DNA of 63,439 nt, filler included, from Octopus bimaculoides (lineage: Eukaryota): NCBI RefSeq assembly GCF_001194135.2. It is 5 parts of 5 records of this genome, joined end to end, with 100 filler letters (N's around TTAATTAATTAA, not from the genome) between each part and the next. Parts side by side here need not be neighbours in the genome. Positions count along the whole stretch, not along the records: positions 48,826 to 57,043 come from NC_068999.1; positions 57,144 to 63,439 come from NC_068983.1; 3 more parts are not named here. One strand, written 5' to 3'. Shown in pieces: positions 54,648 through 63,439 of this stretch. The notes under the pieces are model-generated. The model searched no databases and had not been told where the DNA came from. It worked only from the letters and a program-made list of their open reading frames with translations. The position numbers and the translations under genes were made by a program. Within the stretch, counting starts at the first letter, position 1, and each line of letters opens with the position of its first letter.

Positions 54648-54704
<57 letters not shown>

Positions 54705-54923
54705 TGTATGTGTGTGTCTGTGTGTGTGTGTGTATGTGTATGTGTGTGCGCGCGCGTATGTGTGTGTGTATCTGTCGGCTCCCTTTACTTATTCTCTATC
54801 TTTCTCATTCCCCCTCTCTCACTCTTTCTTTTTCACTTCGTCTCTCTGTCACACACACTCCCATAACACTCTTCTATTTATGTGTGTGTGTGTGTGCATA
54901 TATAACACACACACACGCACACA

Positions 54924-54963
<40 letters not shown>

Positions 54964-55883
54964 CACACGCACGCACGCACGGACGCACGCACGCACACAC
55001 ACACACTAATACACACACATAAAAACACACACACACACACAAATACANNNNNNNNNNNNNNNNNNNNNNNNNNNNNNNNNNNNNNNNNNNNNNNNNNNNN
55101 NNNNNNNNNNNNNNNNNNNNNNNNNNNNNNNNNNNNNNNNNNNNNNNNNNNNNNNNNNNNNNNNNNNNNNNNNNNNNNNNNNNNNNNNNNNNNNNNNNNN
55201 NNNNNNNNNNNNNNNNNNNNNNNNNNNNNNNNNNNNNNNNNNNNNNNNNNNNNNNNNNNNNNNNNNNNNNNNNNNNNNNNNNNNNNNNNNNNNNNNNNNN
55301 NNNNNNNNNNNNNNNNNNNNNNNNNNNNNNNNNNNNNNNNNNNNNNNNNNNNNNNNNNNNNNNNNNNNNNNNNNNNNNNNNNNNNNNNNNNNNNNNNNNN
55401 NNNNNNNNNNNNNNNNNNNNNNNNNNNNNNNNNNNNNNNNNNNNNNNNNNNNNNNNNNNNNNNNNNNNNNNNNNNNNNNNNNNNNNNNNNNNNNNNNNNN
55501 NNNNNNNNNNNNNNNNNNNNNNNNNNNNNNNNNNNNNNNNNNNNNNNNNNNNNNNNNNNNNNNNNNNNNNNNNNNNNNNNNNNNNNNNNNNNNNNNNNNN
55601 NNNNNNNNNNNNNNNNNNNNNNNNNNNNNNNNNNNNNNNNNNNNNNNNNNNNNNNNNNNNNNNNNNNNNNNNNNNNNNNNNNNNNNNNNNNNNNNNNNNN
55701 NNNNNNNNNNNNNNNNNNNNNNNNNNNNNNNNNNNNNNNNNNNNNNNNNNNNNNNNNNNNNNNNNNNNNNNNNNNNNNNNNNNNNNNNNNNNNNNNNNNN
55801 NNNNNNNNNNNNNNNNNNNNNNNNNNNNNNNNNNNNNNNNNNNNNNNNNNNNNNNNNNNNNNNNNNNNNNNNNNNNNNNNNNN

Positions 55884-55925
<42 letters not shown>

Positions 55926-56747
55926 ATACACACGCACGCACGCACGCATACACGCATGCAAGCACAAGCGCGCGCGCACGCACTCATACATACATACGCA
56001 TACATACACACACATACACGCACGCGCATATATATATATATACATATAAATATACACACGTAGATATACATATACATACACACACATACATACAGATATA
56101 CATATATACATTTACACATATATATATATACATGCATACATGTATATATATATATACATACAAATGAATATATATATATATAGACATACATTATATTCAT
56201 GTACACATGCGTGTGTGTGTGTGTGTGTGTGTGTGTGAGTGTGTGTGTGCGAATCTGTTACGGTGTCACCACACAACGATAAGAAGGACAAGTGTGCCTA
56301 ATTCCGGCTACCTTTGTTTTCTTCTTCACCATAAAAAGAAGTCCAGGGTACATATCAAGTAGCTCCTATTTAGCCTTGTTGACAAGTCATCTTAAGTATG
56401 CCGGGATCAACGGGGAGAAAGAAACGAAGCGAAAATAAACGTGGCCGAAGGGAGAAACAGCAGCTACAAGCAGGAGATGAATGCAGCAATCAGACTTTTG
56501 AAATATTCGCACTTTCTTTTTATTTCTTGTCGAACGCTCTGTGTATGAGTGACAGTTAGTTTTGATGTTTTGTAAACACAAATTAACTGATTATTGTATT
56601 AGATGTCAGTGGTGGATTTTATTTTATTTTATTTTATTTATTTATTTTTTTTTGAAAATGCAAATTGAATATTCTGAATACTATCAGGTAATAGATTAAG
56701 CATTGCAGTAGATTTTATTAAGATTAAATTTTTTGTAGATTCACTGT

Positions 56748-57043
56748 ATTATTATTATTATTATTATTATTCAGTAGTTTTATTTTTATAACGTGCTTTC
56801 ACTTCACTACCGAGCGCAGCTCTGTGCGCCTTGGGTATGTGCTGTGGTTTGCTGTGGTGCTCTTATGTTTACTGTATTGAAAGTGTTTTGCGTAGAATGT
56901 GTGCAGTACCCAGTAGTGCAATTTTCTGTATGTTATATATATTTGTAAGTCCTGCTATTTTTGTTATGTATTTGTCTGAATATTTTTTTATTATACCTAA
57001 GGCACCTACTATGATAGGAATTGTTTCTGTTTTTAGATTCCAC
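56748..57043 (-). mobile_element. R4/Dong-type element 3' end, near-identical to 16856-17088
   Basis: WNLKTETIPIIVGALGIIKK...IQKIALLGTAHILRKTLSIQ* plus (TAA)n; cut by the join. Confidence 0.88.
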
Positions 57044-57143
57044 NNNNNNNNNNNNNNNNNNNNNNNNNNNNNNNNNNNNNNNNNNNNTTAATTAATTAAN
57101 NNNNNNNNNNNNNNNNNNNNNNNNNNNNNNNNNNNNNNNNNNN
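57044..57143. other. Synthetic scaffold-join spacer
   Basis: Same 44N/12-mer/44N structure. Confidence 0.95.
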
Positions 57144-57434
57144 TTCAAATCGAAATATATGACTGTAGCAAAATGCAATAAAACCTAAATACTTAAATAG
57201 GCGCACATTCACACAAAGTCACACATACAAAGCATACAAACACACAAATACATATACACATTGATTATACTTTCACATACGTATGAAACACATATAGTCA
57301 AAGCACACATACATACTGTACATTCTTGACCTTAATGTAGCATTTGAGAAACGAACCCCTCTGGTCATTCAGCCAAAGCGACAGATATGCCAATGCAGAA
57401 TAAATATTCGTAATGTAAATATGTATGTTTGTGT

Positions 57435-57474
<40 letters not shown>

Positions 57475-57917
57475 ATGCGTGTGTGTAATAAACATTGTGT
57501 AGGTGCATCTCATTGATAGTTGCTAGTAATACAGATAATATATGCCACAGTTAAGTGCTATCTACAGCAATAAAGGAATTAAATTTGGTGATAGATGAGT
57601 AAAGGAAAACTAGAGACATTTCAGAAGAATACAAAATTACCAAAAAAAAAAAAAAAAGAGAAAAGAAAGAGAAACAAGGAATAGAGAAGTTAAGAATGTA
57701 TCATGAACAATCCTTCCTTATTTTGGCTCAAGGCCAACAACTTTGAGGGGCGGGGAAATCGATTGCGTCAACCCCCAGTACTTAACTGGTACTTATTTCA
57801 TCGAAACCAAAAAGGATGAAAAGCAAATTCAACCTTAGTAGAATTTGAACATCAAATGTAAAAATGGGCAAAATGCTGCTAAGCAATTTGCCTGATATGC
57901 TAATGATTCTACCAGCT

Positions 57918-57966
<49 letters not shown>

Positions 57967-58129
57967 GCTGCTGCTGTTGCTGCTGCCGCCACTACCGCAA
58001 GTGTCGCCATCACCACCACTTTAGCCACTTCCACCTTCACCACCACAAGGGTAGCAATTTTGGGGAGGGGATGAGTCGATTACATCGAATCTAATCTTCA
58101 ACTGGTACTTATTTTATTGACCCTCAAAA

Positions 58130-61085
58130 GAATGAAGTAATGGGAAGGGCTATAGCACAAAAATATGATGATGACCGACAAGATATAGTGAGGATGCTGA
58201 GAAGACTAAGGATCAAGCACCCCTCAATCTGAGGGACATTGAGTGATGCAAACTTAAAGTTGAAATCAAAAAGATAGATTCGGTCCTTGGGCTATTCAAG
58301 ATGAGAGATATAACTGAAACTAACAAGATTATTTGAGTTGCAGCTATGGTTGCTGCAGATAGAGTTGGACACAAAAGAAGAGAACAAACAGAACATAAAG
58401 AACCATTCTGGCATAGACAAATTTGTGAGAAACAAATAAAGTTAAAAAGACATTTAGGACAATTTGATAGATTGAGTAGAGGGGAATTGCAGAACGAAAG
58501 CATAAGAATAATGCTGGAAAGAACATATAGAATAAGAGATAAAGGGTATGATGTGATATTGGAAGAATTGAAACAAAGCGTAGTAGCAATCAAAGCATAA
58601 CTGGAAAGATATGACAATAGAACAAAACAATTCAGGCAAGACAGATTGTTTGAAGCAAATCAGAAGAAACTGTTTCAGGAAGTAGATGGGTAATTACATG
58701 TAACAGTGATACCAGATGCAGAGGAAAGCAGGACATTCTCTCCAGATCTGAGACTAACCTGTTGGGCATAATGATGAAGCGGAGTCGCTGTGTGAAATCC
58801 AAGATAGCTTAAGAAATATACAAGGCCAAGAAGACATAAAGATAACTACAGAAATGATAAAACAACAGTTAAAAAAAATTCCCAAATTGGAAGAGCTCAG
58901 GACCAGATGGGGCCCAAGATTATTGGATGAAGAAGCCGAGAGGGCTTTATGAAAGAATAGCACAACAGCTAGATGAGCGCTTGCAGAAAGGTGCAGTACT
59001 CAGCTGGATGACAAAGAGGAAGACATTGTTGTGTGCCAAGGATCCAATAATGTGCCTTCCCCTAATGTGGAAACTAATATCAGGTGCATTGGCTGGTGAA
59101 CTATATAGATACCTGGAAAACAGTGGGCTGCTACCTATTGAACAGAAAGGGTGCCAAAAGAGGAGCCGGGGAATGAAGGATCAGCTCTTAATTGATAATC
59201 TAATTATCAGGAACTGCAAGAGAAGACACACAAACCTGAGCATAGCATGAATTGACTATCGTAAAGCATACAATATGATACCACACTCCCGGATAATAAA
59301 AACAATGGAAATGTATGGAGTTGCAGAAAATATGAGAAGCTTTATATGTATGAAATGCTGGAGAATGGAATTGACAGCAGGGAATCACATATTAGGAGAG
59401 ATGAAATTCAAGAGAGGTATCTTCCAGGGAGATAGTGTATCCCCACTGATATTCATGCTGGGAATGATCCCCTTGAGTGAAATACTACAGAAAACAAAGT
59501 TGGGGTATGATCTGGGAAGAGAAAAGAGAAATCTGAACCACTTGCTATTCGTGGATGACCTGAAACTATTCACAAAAACTGAGGCAGAACTGAACAGCCT
59601 AGTCTGGTCTGTGCAGATTTTCTCCGAAGATATTAAGATGGAGTTTGGACACTCAAAATGTGTTACAATAGAGATGAGATGAAGAAATCTTTTCAGGGCA
59701 GAAGGCATATGGTTGCTGAGTGGTGAAATCAAGACAATTCAACCACAATTGAGCTACAAATATCTGAGAATACTTGAGGCAGATTGAATCAACTGCAATA
59801 GTATGAAGGAAAAGACTGAAAGAGAGTACCTGCGGCAAGTGAGAAAAATATTGGCTTCAAAGCTAAATGCCAGGAACATAAATTTGGCAATAAACTTGCA
59901 TGCAATCACAATAGTTTGGTATGGCACTGAAGTCCTGAAGTGGACAGAGAAGGAACTAAAGGAGATGAACAGGAAGTCAAGAAAGCTTCTAACAACGCAT
60001 GGAACCCATTATCCATGTGCAGACATTGATCGCCTATACATTAATGGAACAAATGGAGGAAGAGGACTGATAAGTGTGGAAGACTGCATGTGTATCGAAC
60101 TCAAGAGCTTAATGAGATACCTAGCCCAAAGTAAGGAAACCTTGCTAGTAACAGTTAGGAACGAGGGATTATTGAAAGCAGAGAAAAAAGGAAAAACAAA
60201 GGAAGAAATGCAAAAAGGACATGAAGAAGAATTGTGCAAGAAGGGACTACACAATCACTTCCATGTAGCCATAACAGAAGTTGCTGGAAAAAATAGGTGG
60301 GATTGGCTGATGAAAGAAACACTGAAAAAAGAGACCAAGAGCACTATACTGGTAGTGCAAGACCTACCTTTGGTGACGAACTGGAGGGTCAACTTAGGAA
60401 AGAGCAAGTGTCTCCGCTGTGCTGCATCTGCAATTGAATGGATGAAACCATTGCCCATATCACCAACGAATGCTCTAGACTTTCCCAAAACCACTACAAG
60501 TTGTGGCAACACTATCATGTAGAAAAAGTGCTACATTGGAAACTGTGTGAAAAGTGGGGGTTAGAGAGAAGCAAGACATGGTTTGAACACAAACAGCAGA
60601 GAGTGGCGGAGTCGGAGCCCAGCAAAATCCTCTGGGATTTTCCAATCCAAGCAGATCAGGTGCTATAGCATAACAGACTGGATCTAATGGTGGTGGACAA
60701 GATGCACCACATATACTATATAGTTGATGTTGCATGCCTCTTTGAACCCTGAATAGTCAAGAAGAAGGTGAAAAGATAGATAAATACAACCCTCTTAAGT
60801 ACAAAATGGAAAATGAAGAAGGTGAAGATAGTGCCAGTTATTGCTGGGTCCTTGAGAACAGTATCAGAAGGCATCAAGGGGAATATAAAGGAAATTGGAA
60901 TTGAGTGCCCAGTAGAACAGTTACAAAAAGTTTGCTTCCTTGGCATAGCCAGAATAATCAAGAAAGTATTAAATAGCTGAAAAGATGGATAGCATGGTAT
61001 TGTAGGCTGCAGGTAGCAAGCCCGCTATGCATGTATGACTCCAGGAACCCCAACAAAACATGTGATAAAGAGATATAATAATTAC
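58130..61085 (+). mobile_element. Decayed R4/Dong-clade non-LTR retrotransposon (RT, CCHC zinc knuckle, restriction-like endonuclease)
   Basis: DQLLID, IDYRKAY, IFQGDSVSPL, LLFVDDLKLF, ETIAHITNEC..L...Y (CCHC region), KILWDFPIQAD, IVDVACLF, IVPVIAGSL, LLGIARIIKKVL; several stops and frameshifts. Confidence 0.9.
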
Positions 61086-61109
61086 AGGCTAATTGACCAG
61101 ACATAATTA

Positions 61110-61548
61110 TTTAATTATTAAAGACTGGAAAAAAAATACTTGTAGACTAATAAATGAAGTGTTCCCACTGATAAAAATACATCTGCAAAGGAATTTGACA
61201 AATTAAATAAACATAAGGACCTGGAAATTGAAATACAAAAGATGTGGCATCTTAAAGCAAGAACTGTTCCTGTTATGGTGGGTGCCCTAGATATGATAAA
61301 AAAGGTCAGAAACACCTAGACAACATCTGTCCATATCCGTAGAAAAGCCCTATCAATTTAAATGTCTGTGTTGTATTACAGGAAAATATTTCACTACTGC
61401 TCCTGCCACTTCCCTTCCCCAAGCTTTCAATCATACTGTAGCATCTCTTATCCTTCACTCACCCTAGGATGTTGGGTGTGTCTCGGTAAGTGATTGTAAC
61501 AAACATGTAGATTAAAAGTAAATAACAATAATAATAATAATAATAATA
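61110..61548 (+). mobile_element. Second R4/Dong-type 3' fragment with (TAA)n tail
   Basis: SAKEFDKLNKHKDLEIEIQKMWHLKARTVPVMVGAL, ends in AATAACAATAATAATAAT. Confidence 0.8.
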
Positions 61549-61981
61549 TTTTTTGTACTTGTGATAAGAATAAAATGAATATAAAAACTTTAAACAATTT
61601 GTTTATATCAATATCTTAAAATAACCAAGTAATATCTTAAACAATATTTTACAGTATATTTACATGTGTGCACATACATGTGTACACATGAAAAGATATG
61701 CAAATGATAAAATACAAACAACAAAAGGTAATCTCTATAGCCAACATGGATGCCTTATTAGAACACTGAATGCTGCATTATTAGCCTCGAAAAATCTTCT
61801 CATATAGGTTTTTGGTATATAAAAGCACACATAGGTCGTAGGAGATGAAATTCATCTGTCATAGGCATCAGAATTCCCATATCATATGATTTCAGTCTAT
61901 TGGACTTCATCAGTGGGAAGCACTGGTCCCCACATGTTAGTCAAATCTTACTTCTATGACATATAGAATATCAGCATCTTT

Positions 61982-63110
61982 TTAGGGCTGATATCGCAAA
62001 TTTGGTTTGTGGTAGGGCCTGTATGAACAGGTACCCAGATTGAGTGTAACATTTAAAAAGTTAACTACAGTAAAATTGGTCTCAGTTGTAACCTTAAGAC
62101 TAAGGGAGCTAAACGTGTTAATTAGGTCCTTCTTACAGCTACCCAGAGTCTTCCCATTACTGCCTCTAGAAATGTCTAAAGCATCATCTTTGCATAAATC
62201 AAAATAGATTGATGGGAACCTTTTTGGTAAGGTGTCCAGTATATATAATCCTATGAAGTTGCAGATTTCTGTATTGGTGAATGCTCCCAATGCCATGTTG
62301 AAGGAGTTTACTGGGTCTGTTTGTCTGAAACTGGCTGAACCTTTGTTGAACAGCAGGGTTTTCCTGGCATGCATTATTACTTTTATATCCCTGTCACAAA
62401 TGTCAGTAAATTTCCTAGTGAACATAAGTGCCCACACTAGTAACACTTTCAATATAAATGGATAGATATTCACTATATCAAATTGGATGAACCTTGCCCA
62501 ACCTCTACCCTGGTTTGCTTTAAACCATGAAATAGCTTCATTGGTATTATGCCATAGGGAGAGACTGGATGTCCTTATGTCATCATTGATCTTTCTCAAA
62601 ATATGCTTGCTCACCAGCTCAATTTCTGATTTAGCTTGGTTAATCAGGTAGCACTTGGAGTTAGAGAAGTTTGATTTGTGATTTTTGATGGTAATAAAAG
62701 TATGTCTCTTAGCTAATGCTTCCATCCTGTTGGTTATTCCTAGATTGCTGGCTAACAGTTTGGCTTCATTGTTTATGCTATTGTATGTGTGCAGGGAAGC
62801 TCATCTATAATTTTGTGTGATGTTATTCTCCAACACCCTATCATAGATACTAGCATCTACTCTATATAGATATATTTTCTTTTATCAGAGAACAGAAAAG
62901 CCCTCTCTGAATTTTTAAGGAAATATATATTGGAAGAGAGCTTGTACTGAAAAGGGTTGGTGGACTTAGAGAATCTCAGTTTAGAGATGATACCCAGTTG
63001 GTTTGCTTTGAAGGCCTCTGGGTGAGAAGCTTCTGGATTTGATCTCATGAGCCTTAGGTTGATGATCCACTCCACTAGCATACTTGACCCGTTTTGGCCA
63101 CAACTAGAAA
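61982..63110 (-). mobile_element. Penelope-like element reverse-transcriptase region, degenerate
   Basis: 247-aa ORF 61982-62725 with FITIKNHK, LINQAKSEI, FIQFDIVNIYP, IMHARKTLLF, EICNFIGLYIL, KDD and VVNFLNVTLNL..YRPYHKPN; upstream pieces INNEAKLLA and KLRF...FQYKL...FLFSDK. Confidence 0.85.
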
Positions 63111-63143
63111 CATTCAAAGGAGATAACATATATATATGTAAGT

Positions 63144-63193
<50 letters not shown>

Positions 63194-63439
63194 CTATGGA
63201 CAGATGGTAGACGTGTCGGCTCCGTAAGTTTTGCCTTTTTTATGTTTTAAAAAGTTTGTTTGTAAAGTTTATTTTATATAGAAAGTTGTATAACAACTTA
63301 TAGACTCTCTGGTGCAAGTTTTTTGCAACGGAAATCTGCCCTGTGTGGCACATTTCCAGGTTTTAAAAATCAATTTCGGCTTTCTAGCCATTTTTATTTT
63401 GAGACGATGGTGTCTTCTAGCCATGAAAAATTTCGTCAA

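Noticed and set aside
54618-56206. Long ORFs (up to 471 aa) rich in CV/HT/YI/X, here and at other gaps
   Set aside because: They are translations of dinucleotide microsatellites and N runs.
56831-57091. Repeated ORF MGMCCGLLWCSY... (also 16804-17001)
   Set aside because: It is the antisense reading of the R4/Dong 3' end.

Overview
AT-rich, microsatellite- and retroelement-dense animal genomic DNA. The repeat families resemble those I recall from octopus; the species assignment is inference. The window is a mosaic of five scaffolds joined by four identical 100-nt synthetic spacers (44 N + TTAATTAATTAA + 44 N at 16756, 30426, 48726 and 57044), so gene adjacency across the joins is not established. 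Two host genes are clear, both on the + strand and both cut at joins. (1) EFTUD2/Snu114 (U5 snRNP 116-kDa GTPase): 26 phase-consistent coding exons at 922-16119, with the final exon absent and two exons partly in N gaps. (2) The last four coding exons of DGCR8/Pasha at 31477-35248, invisible in the ORF track because the exons are short. The rest is two tRNA-headed SINE families, RTE LINE coding fragments and (GAT)n-tailed 3' ends, R4/Dong-type non-LTR elements, a Penelope-like RT, a decayed mariner, and mariner-, piggyBac-, hAT- and Helentron-type non-autonomous elements. The most interesting unexplained signals are a ~200-nt fold-back hairpin 3.2 kb downstream of the DGCR8 stop, a tandem pair of decayed exons for an unidentified Cys-rich secreted protein, and a phase-compatible chain of decayed minus-strand exons resembling a GAIN/GPS-TM1 module. 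I found no well-supported novel multi-gene system and no CRISPR, rRNA or genuine tRNA genes. All homology calls are from hand translation and recalled motifs; no database search was run.
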